64,000 nt of DNA from the human T2T-CHM13v2.0 reference genome, Homo sapiens, in the NCBI RefSeq assembly GCF_009914755.1, contig NC_060925.1, one strand, 5' to 3'. Positions within the stretch are counted from its first letter, which is position 1. Every line of letters starts with the position of its first letter. The position numbers and the translations under genes are program-made. Positions 13,516 to 27,715 of the stretch are shown here, piece by piece. Under the pieces are notes generated by a model. It had not been told where the DNA came from, did no database searches, and saw nothing but the letters and a program-made list of their open reading frames with translations.

Positions 13516-14600
13516 CCATTGAAGTCTTCACCTCAACTACACTAGTCCTAGGGCCAGAGAGCCAAACGCTGACCTCCCCCTCTCCCCAAGTCATAAGACA
13601 ACTCTCTTTTTCCTTTACTACAAATTATGAAAATAGCTACTTGATATCAAGGTCACAACTAATTTCATTTTATTCAACTTAATCTCTTGAAAAATGATTG
13701 GTTTTTTAAAAAGATACATTTTGCATTGCATACCTCCCCAAAGCAGGAGTATTGCAGTACTAGAGATGGAATCAACCATGCTTCAGCTACCCCTGGTTAG
13801 TGGCTTCAGGCTATAGCCTAGGGCCTGGCTTTGGGCTCCAGAGCTTTCTGGATAATAAGGTGGCTCCAGTTTCCAATGTTCCCTCATGGTGCCTGTTGGT
13901 GGCCTAAAATTCTGTGATTTCTTTTAAAACAACAAAAGTCAAGCTATGAAGAGAGTGAGGAATGAATCTGCCAGGCCAGCATTGCTCTTCAAGATAATGG
14001 AATAATCGGAAGACAGAACCAGACTGGAAACCTTGGGCCTCGTCTTAAGCTCTTATCTTGGGCAAATCTCTTAAGTCATTGAGACTTGTTGAGGGGCTGC
14101 CATCAGATCACCTTTAAAGTCTTCTCTAGTTCTGAAATTCTATCAGCTGCCAACTGCCTTGGCACACAGGCAACATTGGCCTTTATGAATCTGTGGACAC
14201 CACTTGCCTCTCAAAACTGCCAGAAATGAGTTAAAAAGCATGAATGTTCAAGACTCACAGGGCTGGCAGAGAAGCTCTACAGCTTCTAAAAATACTTCTT
14301 CTCTTTCTTCATTATCTGATTCACAGGACCTAATTTAATGGTGAAATTCCGGAATGGCGTGCCGAAACCTCTGACTGTGACATGAAAGATGGTCATCTTG
14401 CACCTGGGATTCAGTTATGAATGGCTTGCCGTATGTGCAAGCACTCTGTCATTTGCCTCCAGCTGTTTATTCGTCACACTGGGGCACAGGAGAGGTGCTA
14501 GGAGCAAACCAACAGCAAAATAAAAACATTAATTTATGCAAAGCTTTCTAGACACAACTGCTGTTGCTGAGAAACAATTACCACTACAAACCTGGTGTTT

Positions 14601-14696
14601 TAGGTTGAACCATATGAACTGGCCAATTTCACGTATGAACTGGCCAATTTCACAGGTCAAAAATGGTGACTGTCAACAGTTTCATATGGTTAAATA
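14601..14696. mobile_element. MADE2 (HSMAR2-derived MITE) with internal 21-bp duplication
   Basis: Inverted ends 'taggttgaaccatatgaa' ... 'ttcatatggttaaa'. Confidence 0.75.
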
Positions 14697-14999
14697 CACA
14701 CAAAGCCCCCCAGTGGCTGGGGAAAGTGGTATTCTACAGGTTTTTCTCTGAGTGCAATGATGGTGGGAAGAAGATGGACGACAACTCAAATGCAAACCCC
14801 AGCCACGTGGAGGCTAAAAAGTTATTATGTAACAAAACGACATTATAGAAATGCCTTCTGGAACTACTAGAATTAGGTGGGAATTCTTAAGGAAAGGAAA
14901 ATCATTATTTCTAGAGTTAACAAAAGCTGGAAGGAAAATGACAAACACACAAACCTATCAGCTTAAGAAAATTTCTAAAATTTGATGTGCCTGATTTTG

Positions 15000-15445
15000 A
15001 AGCCAACAGAAGAGGGAACAGAGAGATGCAGAGAAACAATGTCCTATTGGATCCTTTGAGCCCTGGATCCAACCAGGCTTGAGGCCAGATATCCCTGGAC
15101 TTTCCAGTTACGTAAGTCAGTATTTTTTTTTTTTTTTTTTGAGACAGAGTCTCTCTCTGTCGCCCAGGCTGGAGTGGAGTGGCACAATCTCGGCTCACTG
15201 CAACCTCCGCCTCCCGGGTTCAAGGATTCTCCTGCCTCAGACTTCCAAGCAGCTGGGACCACAGGCGCCCACCACCACACTCGGGTAATTTTTGTATTTT
15301 TAGTAGAGACAGGGTTTCAACATATTGGCCAGGCTGGTCTTGAACTCCTGTCCTTGTGATCTGCCCATCTCGGCCTCCCAAAGTGTTGGGATTACAGGCG
15401 TGAGGCACCGCGCCCAGCTGAGTCAGTATCTTTCTTATTAAAGCA
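15000..15445 (+). mobile_element. MLT1-type MaLR LTR fragment split by an Alu
   Basis: 'tttgagccctggatccaacc...cctggactttccagttacgtaagtcagta' resumes after the Alu. Confidence 0.5.
15123..15419 (-). mobile_element. AluS (Sg-like)
   Basis: Full dimer; TSD agtcagtat at 15115-15123 and 15421-15429. Confidence 0.95.
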
Positions 15446-15478
15446 CATACTCATGCATACACACACAATAGCACTCAC

Positions 15479-16140
<662 letters not shown>

Positions 16141-17499
16141 CCCACCACATACACAAAAGCTTATGATGCTGGACCAACCCATCTCAAAATGTTGAACTGA
16201 ATCACAACAAGCAAGACCCATTTCATATCAAAACTTCAAAAAAGCTTTGGCTTCTAGTCTGATTCACAAGTACATGCGTTCAAGGCCCAAGCAGTTAAAA
16301 CCCTGCACAGATAAATTGTAAGAGCCTGGGTAAAAGAAAATAGAATTTCCTGGTAAGTGAGAATGAAAAAAAAAAAAAAAGTTTACCACATGTGTAGATT
16401 TAACCAGTACGTTACTAATGCAGAGAAGGGAAGAATCAGGCTATTTCATAATCAAATGTTGATAATATAAGAGAGGGGCAAGTTTATTATGTCCTCATCA
16501 GAAGCAAGAAGCTGGATGTCAGGTATACTGTGAAAAATTGCACAAGCCAAGACCTAAGACTGGATTAAAATTATCAAATTGTTATTAGATGAAAGTTACT
16601 AGAATATTGTCAGATTATCCTAACCATAAGAGTAGCAGAACAGTACTCAATGTTTCTAATCAGTTTTGTCTATTTTCTGAGCTGGTTAAACATTTGCTGA
16701 TGTGCAATTTGTAAAGTCACAGCCATCTGTTCATTTGTGTCTTAAGTCTTCCTGCATAAATTCTGCTCTTTTACCTGTTTTGGGGAAATAAAAGTTTATT
16801 TTAATTTACTGCCAAAATTTGTGGCACAGGAAAGGGATAGGTTGAAACCAAAAACTATTTTGCTTTTTTACCATCTATTAGTCATCCTTTGAAAAATCAA
16901 TATTCAGTGCTCACCCCGTCTGTGGCTCCAGGCAATCAAAAGAAAATTGTGTACTGTCCCCATTCAGACTGATGATGCATTGTGCCATTATCCTGTGAGC
17001 TAATATGAGATTCAGTATCTGCTGTCTTACCTGACAAATAAGCCTTCAGAATCCAGGCTTGGGCACATTATTTGAAGAATCTGCAGCTTTAATATAATTT
17101 ATATTCCCAAGTTCCTTCTACTGCTTCAGTATATGCAGCATATGACTTGAGATAGAAGGATAAAGAAACCAGAATGATTCTCTTCTTTCCTACCCCATCA
17201 TCTGATCAATTCTGGACATTCCTTTCAACCCTGTGGCCATCTATTACAAGTTGAGTGCCTACTATGTGTCAGAGAATATGTTAGCTGCTGGGAAGACAGT
17301 TATGAAGAAGACGGGGTCTTTCCAGTTGTTCAACTTTTTTTGCTACTCATAAAGAGGATAAAAGAAAGAGAAAGAAGAGAAAGAATTCCAGTCTGTTAGG
17401 AAATATTATAAAATTACTCCAAAGTGGGGATGCAGAATTAAAATATACCAGAAGTAAAAAAGAGAAATGCTGATGTTCTATTTCATGATCAATAATAAA

Positions 17500-17740
17500 A
17501 ACAGTAACAGCTTATATTTGTTGAATGCTTATTTTTTGCCATCCATATTGCTAGGATTTGTCTTACTTAATCCTTATCACAACGCTGTGAGGTAGGTACT
17601 GTAAATAAATCCATTTTAGAAATGGGAAAACTGAGGCTCAGGGAAGTTAAATTCCATGTCTACAATAAAATATCTCAAAGCAATGGAGTTGCCGCAGAAA
17701 CCTACCTGCCTCCGATACCTGAACCCTTCCTTGCTATGCT
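17500..17740 (-). mobile_element. MIR
   Basis: 'ccattttagaaatgggaaaactgaggctcagggaagttaa' core. Confidence 0.75.
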
Positions 17741-17837
17741 ATATTGCAGGAACTTGGCCCTAAACTGACACCTTGCCAACTTGGGATACGTGTTATTTCT
17801 AAAGATGAACTTTCAAAGTGGGTTAAAAGAGGGAGAA

Positions 17838-18187
<350 letters not shown>

Positions 18188-19959
18188 TTAGAAATGAACA
18201 GAGAAATGAGTCAGGATTGAGGACAGGGCTGAAGGTGTCTTCTGGGACCAGTCAAGAGTGGGGTGTGGTCAGGCTGCTGCTGCTCACTCCTCCTCCCACG
18301 CAGCACCCACAGGCTGCATGGTGCAACTGGGAGGCTTGCTGGAAAATGGCAAGTCCTGCTGCAGGCGGGCTACAGTGGGCAGCCCTCACCTCCACTCCTG
18401 GCCAAACTGACCAGGGCCACTCTCCTTACACAGAGACCATGCTGCTGACCAGGTCTCTCTGGGGCCATCAGCCTCAGGTCAGCAAAAGGTCTTACAAAAG
18501 TCAAGAAATTGCTTATGATTACAGCTCTGCAATGCAAACGCGTTTTTACCAACAAAGAAAAAAAAAAGGTTGGAGAGGAAGAAGAAGAGAGAAAAAGAAA
18601 CATTTGGCCAAGGCCAGAAAGGGTCCACCGAAGTCAGCCTCCGAACTTCCGGTCCAATGTTGACACCTTGTTCACTGGTGACAACTCAGGACTGTACCCC
18701 AAATTACACAATGCTACTTGAGGGAAGCAGGCCTGGCAGCAGAGAGAGAATTACCGGCACACATTAGTGAGAGCAATCGCAGCCAACTCAAAACCGCACT
18801 CGAAAACGGCCTTGCATTCATGGACTGGTAGTTACTTCCTGGTTTCTAAGAAACCAAATAAAATTAAAACTCACCATTAATAACAAAACAACACTTTACA
18901 GTCCCCCCTTCCCTTTCAGAGACGCATCAAGTGACGGCACCTGATCAAAGCTGAATTATTAAAAGTCTATAGATTAATCCTGTAACTCTCAAGAGCCCAG
19001 AGTTTGTAATTTCCCAGGGAAAAAAAAAAAAAACAAAAAACAAAAAAACAGAAGCAATCTACACCGTGAAAAATTTAATTGCACTTTAATTACCAGTTAA
19101 GCTGAATAGCATGAGATATGGGTGCCTTTAATTTTTAATAGTCGTTATGATTCCAAGAGAATTTTAAAGGGAAATAATTTAATCTCTTGAGAGTATTCTC
19201 CTCTTCTGCCACTGCCAAAATCAAAATGAGGACAGAAAAAAATGTAAAGGGCGATTCAAATTCTTCCAGATCATAACCCAGGACGGCCCCCAGCAATAAT
19301 AAACTGGCTGTTCCCAGGCAGCTGCACTGCACATTTTCATGATATGCTAATATAGAAATGGGTTTCCTGCAGTTGAGTTCTGGTACATTAAGCAGATAAA
19401 CGCCCTTGGCTGGGGTGTTTCTTTTTTAAAATCAGATCTAAAGATGGCATACTTGTTTCTTTGTCTCTCAGAGCCTGGCACCAATATGGGCATGCATACC
19501 CCCACCTACGTAACACACATACACAAACCTGGGCACCCATATACACATACTCTTCCACATGCTGCCATGATGCCCCAAAACATCCTTTTGAAAGGAAAAA
19601 GGGAAGAGGGTAACACAATCACACAAGGCTCCAACAAAAATGGAAATCAGCAGGTCTGAGAATTCAAAAGGAAATAAGCGTAGCCTCCACTTTCACTTTA
19701 TCTGAGAACCACCTGACTCAGGAAGGAGCTGGCCTCTTGAGAGCTGGTGCAGGAGGGAGCCGCCTGGACCGGGTGAGGCTGGCCACTTTCCCCTTTCTCA
19801 AGCACACACTGGCCTTCTCAACTTGCTGAGGCTCTTGAGGTTTGCCTGTTGTGCAGGTGTAGTTGTCTCCATTGAGGCTGCAGTGTGCCTCAGCCTCTTC
19901 TTGGGGATGCTGTCCCATCCCAGGACAGTGCTTTTTTTTGGAAATAAATTAGGTTGTGA

Positions 19960-20260
<301 letters not shown>

Positions 20261-23014
20261 GGTTGTGATTTTAAGAAGTCAGACTGGGCTCAAAAGGCTT
20301 TTCATGAGGTCTCCAAATAACTCAGGGCTCTGTACTGCCTCTGGTTCCTGCTGCTCACTACTATCAAACACATAACAAGTATGGGCCTTGTTATTAGTGA
20401 TCATTTGGTAAATCAATTACAATTTCATCTGTCAGGCAAATAAGAGAAGAAAAAACCTGCAGAACCATCTGCCACTTTTCTCTTCTCCAACTGTGCACCC
20501 ATTTCCTTTCTCCAACCCTCTGTATGAAACCTGCACTGACAGACAGTGCTATGCCAGGCTTTCGGGGATTTGTCTGTGTCTCCCTCAGGGACCAATAGCA
20601 CCCACCTCAGTTGGGACCCACAGAGAAAGCAGGAGAGGCGCTTTCTTCCCAAGCCCAGTGAGTTCAAAAGGAGGAAGGAGTAGAGTTCTAACTTTGTGAA
20701 CCAAAGAAGTGCCCCTCCCTGAGAACCCTGCTGTTGTTCCTTTGTGTGGCAGCTGGTCATACAGACAAAAACACTCAGGTGAGAGAGAACAAGGAGTGCA
20801 ACGTCAGGAAGGCATTGTTTAGATTCCCAAGTAAAGGCTGAAAGCTTGGCGTGGTTAGGAGGCAAGACGCAGAAAACATCCTAGTGCGGGCACAATTGTG
20901 CCTGACCAGGACAAAAAGGGGACAATGAAAAGAGGATCCTGGCCAGGCCAGCACAGAGGAGCTTCCCAGGGCCACACTGCTCAGGGACAATTCCCTAGTG
21001 AGACAGAACTGCAGACTGGTGGCAGAAGTTTCTCTGTATTATCCTTGACAACTTATTATTGTAAAGATTTGGAATTAGCTGTACTGAGTCTTCATCATAG
21101 ATGACAGGTTCTCTCTCATTGTCATTTTCACAAAGTCCCAAGATAAAGAGACCCTCCAGGTAGCTGAAATGCAGGTACCCAATTTACCACTGGAGCCAAG
21201 ATTTTGGTTTCAGAGGGGACAAACGAGGTAAGTAGTACTCATTGGGTACCATCCATTTCACCACCAGAAACCAATTTCACCAAGTTTAACAGTTCTTCCT
21301 GCTGCCTGGGCAGGAGGCGGCCTTGTCTCTTTCCGCAGTACTCTGGGAGTCTACCACAAGGCAGCAGAGCCTTCGAGTTAGAGCAGCTCTTTGGAACAAA
21401 CATCACCTCTCTTGCTAGGTGAGGCCTCTCACCCAACAGGCTGGGAGAGGCTGTCACAGAACTCAGAACTAAGAGCCTACAACTCATTCTGCAGCTCAAG
21501 TATGAGACAGGCTCACTGTACAGCAATTTGTACTGGTGATCCCTCCCCTGGGGATGACCCCCATGACTCTGGCGCCCTGAGGCAGGGCACCTGTTTCAGA
21601 ATCCCCCGCTAATCCTCCTTACTCCCTTCCCAGAACTCTAAGCATCCTTGTACAGATGGCATTGGTACTGGCAAGACTGTGGTCTGTGAGTAGTCAGGAA
21701 GCCAGTCGACAGCACCTACTCTGTTATTCACCCAAAGCCTCTGTCTCCACTGCAGCCACGGAGTTGAAGGCTGGTGGGGGCAGGGTTTGGGGAGTGATTC
21801 AAGAACTGATCATCCCTCTGACCTGCGCTATGGACCTGAGCAGCAGTTTCAGGTGTGAGGAGCGTGGAAAAGGGAAAGCCTCTTAGAGCTTATGTGTCTA
21901 GCCTGGGTAAGCCCCAGGACCAGCATCAGAATTCTGTAATTTGAATGAGAACTGAGCTGAGAACTGCAGAGAAAGAATTCCCCAACAGCAAATTGAAATA
22001 TGGGCACGATGCTGAAAAGAGATGAGGCTGCCAAAGCCACGTGGCCGAGCAGACGGAGGGAGTGCAGTCTCCACACTGAGGCTGACTGAAAACATAAATA
22101 ACTAGGCAAGATTTTTCAGTAGCTAGTGAGGTTATCACATACTCTGGCCAAAATCCCTAGTGCTCATTACACTTCTGATATGATTTTCTCACCTCTCTCC
22201 AGGCTCACTGATGCATCTTCCAATTCAACATGGCTTCTTGCCTCTGAAAGGAGAGCTAGTCCCTCCTGGAATTTGTAAGTGTGAAGGCTGTGTTTCAGCT
22301 GTCACGTCTGGTGTATCACTGATGCCTATTCCTGTGGCCTTTCCAGTTTCCCAGGGTGATGCAAATGAACACCGTGCAGCAGGTAAACAGAGCGCTGAAG
22401 TGCAAAGTACAGCTCTTATTTATAGATCAAACACCTGCCATCAATTTAAACAGTAGTTATCTCTAACTTGAAAGTTTAGCAAGATACTGAATGCCCCCTT
22501 GAAGCAAATAATTTTGAAGCAGTTCAGGTATACAGATGTGTTTCCAGCCTACTTAAGAATGCTATAATTATCATCAAAAAGACAGATTCCATTAACTATC
22601 TGTTATGCTTTCTGTATGTGTACTCCCAGACAGATTTGAAATGTTGAAAGTCTTGGGTTTCTTAGCACTATACTTTTAACATTATTTTTTTAAAGGACTG
22701 GGCTTAGGATCTTCTGAATTTGGAAAAACATCTGATGAGAGGTTTTTGGAACAGTTAATGATCTAATGTGGCCGTTCTTGTCATTTTGCCTTTACAACCA
22801 CAGTTCCATTTCCACCCTCTCTCTACCAGACACATAAAAATTTCATATTTGGAAAAAGCTATCTTCCTAAACACAGATCAGTGAGGAGTGAACACATCTC
22901 TAATCACAAACGGCCAATAACCACTATTTCTTGAAAGTTAAAAATCAGGTGATGTGCTGTACAGGTGCTCTATGGATACTGTTCCATTAATCTTTTTGAT
23001 GAATTCTTGAAAGG

Positions 23015-23160
23015 TTATCTTCATTTTACTGATGATATAAACTGAGGCTCTGAAAGGTTAAGCATGCTGCCTGAAATCACCCACCTAGTAAATGGAAGAA
23101 TTTACATTTGAACATGGGTCTGTGTCCACTCCGAAGCCCGTTCTTCCTACTGCATACAAC
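23015..23160 (-). mobile_element. MIR
   Basis: 'cattttactgatgatataaactgaggctctgaaaggttaag' core. Confidence 0.7.
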
Positions 23161-23892
23161 ACACTAGCACAGAAGATGGTCCTCTTTCTTTGCTTAGATT
23201 GTTTCAAAATTGATTTTCCATTTTCAGGGATATGGAATGTCATTCTGGAAGTAGGTGATAATTATGTTCGGTGGCTTGAGATTGGCATGATCTCCGGGAT
23301 ACGAGTCTGCAGGCCACATCAGCCAGTCACGTGTGTGGGCAACTCACTTTACCTCGGTGGACCTTTTTCTCTCCCAGAAAACCATAAGGATGGATTGGAG
23401 GACTAAAGTCCAACAGTTAAAACTGTTCCTTTTAATTCTAAAATCCTCTGAGTGTATGAACTGCTTCACCTTTGCATAGAGGACAAGCTTGTGCTCAGGA
23501 GGGCCTGAATTATTTCAGTTCCCTGAATGTGCTGGCCCTCCTCATGCAGGAGCTGCCCCAGGGTTTGTAAACCTTCCCCTACTACCAGGCACCACCACTG
23601 CTATCTGATGGCCGCACAAAGGAATGAGTGAACACCGTCAGGAAGACATTGGTCCTGTGCTCTACGAGAGGGTGTGCCCAACCACCACTGTCCTCTCAGC
23701 ATCCTCCATTGTGACCAACGTCACCAGGGCTGCCCGAGGAAACCCTAAGAGAGGGAGGGGTATTTTCTGTGAAAACACACCTGGATGCAGGTCTAGGAAA
23801 CCAACCCCTGGTCAGAGTAGCCCAAGAGAGAACAGGCCCATGCCCAGTGCTTTGGTAAGAATGACAAATTCTTACTTCTAAACAACAGTTCA

Positions 23893-23926
<34 letters not shown>

Positions 23927-24198
23927 GCGAGCGAGAGAGACAGAGAAACTCACTCAGTAGCAGGAACTGAGAAGAAAGGGGTCACTCACTCACTCAGAGT
24001 GGGCTGGGAGGGAAGGCTTCATCATTTATCAGGATATAGTCATGAATACCTCTTTTTCTTCTTTGGAAAAATACAGACTACTGTGGGTGAGTAAATCTCA
24101 TCTAGTGGGCAAGCCGGAGTTTGATTTGAGCAAAGAATAGAGGGGTAGTTGGGGTGAGGAGGTGAGGAGGAGAGGAAGGCATGGAGCCATGGTCATGA

Positions 24199-24513
<315 letters not shown>

Positions 24514-25980
24514 TAGACAGCTTCTTTCATTTGAAAATGTTCTCTTAGATAAAATGTATAAGGGTCAACATGCAGCACACAAGCAAACCTCCTTCCCCCA
24601 GGTGCAAGCACAGCAGCTGGCCTGAAGATAAGAGTTAAATGAATCCAGCCCCCTGAAAGGAAGGTTGTCTATGCTACAGAATCAAATCAGGAAGAAAGGA
24701 AGCTATTCTCTCACCTAAGGGCATTGAGAAAGGTACATGAATAGTAATTATCTAAAAAGAGATAATCAACAAGGAGTCAGAAGGGCAAAACCCTGTCTAA
24801 CTAATCTACTTCACCTTTACAGCAAGGCTGAAGACTAGGTGGGCAACAGCGCTGCATGTCAAAGGGTTTACTGTGATTTCACAAAGCTCCATAGAAAGCC
24901 TCCAAATGAAGACTGGCAGGCTGGGAAAGTCTCTGAAACCATGAAGAAAAGGGACTAGTGGAGGAGCTGCCCTCAAGAGAAAGGCAAGATGTTGAGTTTA
25001 GATGGCCTCAGAATATTAAGCACCTAACCTGCTCTGTCATTTAGGTTAATTCATGGAGCCCTATATATATATATATACACAGATGAATCACTGGCATGAG
25101 ATCAGCTAAAATATTCATTGTAGATGCTTTTAGGTGATTGTAGATTTCTTCATTGTTTCACCTTTTCCGTATATTTTTAAATGACAGCAAAATTTTATAA
25201 TAAAGTTTTTATAATAAATTTATTTTTATAATAAAGAAAAATAAACAGAAGGCAAATTGATATCCTCACATAATGTGGGAGCTACAAAAGGGATCCTAAG
25301 TCAAAGTTAGTGCCCTTCCTGTCTAGCCTGGGAGGAAAACGTGACTATTAAATTAATTACTGAATATGATGTGAACTGCAGTTCTGAGGACAAGGACCTG
25401 CATTTCTGGTCTACTCCTGTTTTGAAGGTAAACAATTTAATAATTTCAGTGTATAGCTACCTCCAATTATCCAAACCACTGTCTTCATAGGAATATAAGA
25501 AAATTAAGGTAGATACCTGAAGCAGCACCAGGAATCAGGACAGATAGAGCTCAGTTTTTTAAAAGAAGATTCTTTCCTGGTCTTCTTCAACTGGGGGCAA
25601 AAAAAAAATAAAAACGAAAAAATAAACAATAAAAATAAATAAATAAAATAAAAAGAATGCTACTGTTACACCACATACTTGTTTTAAAGTCTTGCCCTTC
25701 TAGTACTGACTACACGCGGCCCCAGGGACCTGTGAAATGGATGCTGCTGCAAGGTTTTATTTAAACAACATCTTGATCTTCTGTGCCATGTGACTGGCAT
25801 TGCGGAGAAGCTGCTCTTTCTAAAGGCTTCAAGGTCACTTAAGCTTGTGCCGGCTCTGCTAAGAGCTCCGATGAGGAATAAACTTTAAGATCTTCTACTA
25901 GACAGAATTTTGGAATTCCCAGCAGACCTGTTTCCCTTGGCTTCCAGATCCTCTCAAATGACCTTATCCCTTATCCCACC

Positions 25981-26078
25981 ATGCACACACACACACGCAC
26001 GCACACACGCACACACATGCACGCACACACACGCAAGCACACACACACGCACGCACACACGCATGCACACACACACAC
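25981..26078. repeat. (CA)n/(CACG)n alternating purine-pyrimidine tract
   Basis: About 95 bp of near-continuous RY alternation. Confidence 0.95.
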
Positions 26079-26584
26079 TCTATCTTCACTGAAGGCTCCC
26101 AAGACATCTTCCTCACAAAACACACAAAACAAAGACAGCTGTCCATTGGTGCTCAAAATAAATGAAGGGTAAACTAAGCCCACAGACACCATGAGGTGAG
26201 GTGATATCAGAAAGCCAGAGCAGGACAATGGTCTTGATCCATCCGCTAAATCTTTAGGTACAACCTCCAAGGAAAATGACTTTCAGTCAAGCCAGGCAAC
26301 TATTGCTACCAACAATAAAACAGAAGATGCTTTTACACTCATGGCCCCAGCATTGTTTCTCACAACTAAAAGAGGCCAAACATCCCAACCAGAAAAAAAC
26401 ACAAACACACACAGGAAGCAACTGTTAACAAATGGAACGTGATAGTGGCAGAGCCCAGAAGAGCTGTTGGTTAACTCAACACGAAGGAGTCCTTGCCTCT
26501 CATTCAGGGGTGCACACAGACATGACCCTACCATGCTTTTCCTTCCATCCCAATCTCCATGGTCATCTAGTCCAAGCTGTACGC

Positions 26585-26742
26585 TCTAGTTTTTCTCAAA
26601 GTGGAGCTTATGGGTAACCTCCATCAGAATAGCTGGGGAGCTAATGACACATGGATCCCAGATCAACCAAGGGGATTTTAGAGACATGGGGCCTAGCCCC
26701 CAAGTGACTCTGATGCATATTAAGACTTGAGCATCACAGGTC
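26585..26742. mobile_element. MER5-type hAT-Charlie fossil
   Basis: 'tttctcaaagtgg...catcagaatagctggggagct' and 'ccccaagtgactctgatgca...gacttgagcatcac'. Confidence 0.6.
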
Positions 26743-27143
26743 AAGAAGTACACAGATCCCAGTTATCAACATAGCCAGATGGCTGGTGGTAGAAGCAACC
26801 CTGTCCCTGTAGCACCTCTCTGTGTCCTGCTCAAAAGCATTAAAACATCATTCTTAGATAAGAACAGAGACAAAGGATATGTCTTTAACACTTTACAGTC
26901 TATAAAGTTTTTCCACAGCCACTGTCTCACTGAATCAACCCCTAAGAGACAGAAATGAAAATCGCTGTTTTTACAAACTGAGAAATTACGGGCCTTTGAA
27001 GTGTTTCACAGCCTTCACAGCCTGCTGGTAAGAAGCAGAGATCAGGCCTTGGACCTGGGTCTTGTGATTCCAAAGCCCATGATCCTTCGGATTCATCAAA
27101 GCTCCACTCCAAGTGCCTACTGGGACTGCCTTGCAGCACTCAC

Positions 27144-27292
27144 CTTCTGTAGGTGAGTAGGTAAGTTGCGGCATGCCATTCTTTCAAAAGAACAGTGCAC
27201 CTCTGTGACCGAATATGGGCCACAGTATCCCAAGGATATTTTGGTCAAAGCCCTGGGGTGTGGGGCAGAAGATAATGTATTCAATGAAGCTT
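27144..27292 (-). other. Candidate 149-nt exon
   Basis: Acceptor cttctttatttattatgcttttctctAG; donor AAG|GTGAGT; motif evidence only. Confidence 0.3.
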
Positions 27293-27715
27293 CTAGAGAA
27301 AAGCATAATAAATAAAGAAGCTCCTACCTGTCGCTAGCCTTCCTAAATATCCCAAGAAATCAAGAATTTTCTCCCAATGGATTACAGCTGAGCATCTACT
27401 CAGAAGAGAAAATCAAGTCCATTTCAGTTTAGACGGCAGCAGCAAACTCCCCACAGAGAGTACTCCCGGGGTGGCTAGGGGGTGGACAGTGCCATTACTG
27501 TATCAATCAGGCCAAGGAGTGGGGCTTGCACTACTGTTTGCTAGAATGGAGCTTGGCTCTAAAACAGGATTCTCAGACACATTTCAGAATAGGACGACTG
27601 GAACAATGCAATACTCATCTAAGCAACTGCAAAAGCCAGCTACAACCCAACTCAAGGTGCCATCTATTATGAGAGGTCCCCTTCATCTATGTAAAAAAAA
27701 AAAAAAAAAAAAAAA

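Noticed and set aside
21200-21233. 14-nt plus-strand microexon (ttcAG...GAG|GTAAGT)
   Set aside because: Short pyrimidine tract and a frame-shifting length; expected by chance in 64 kb.
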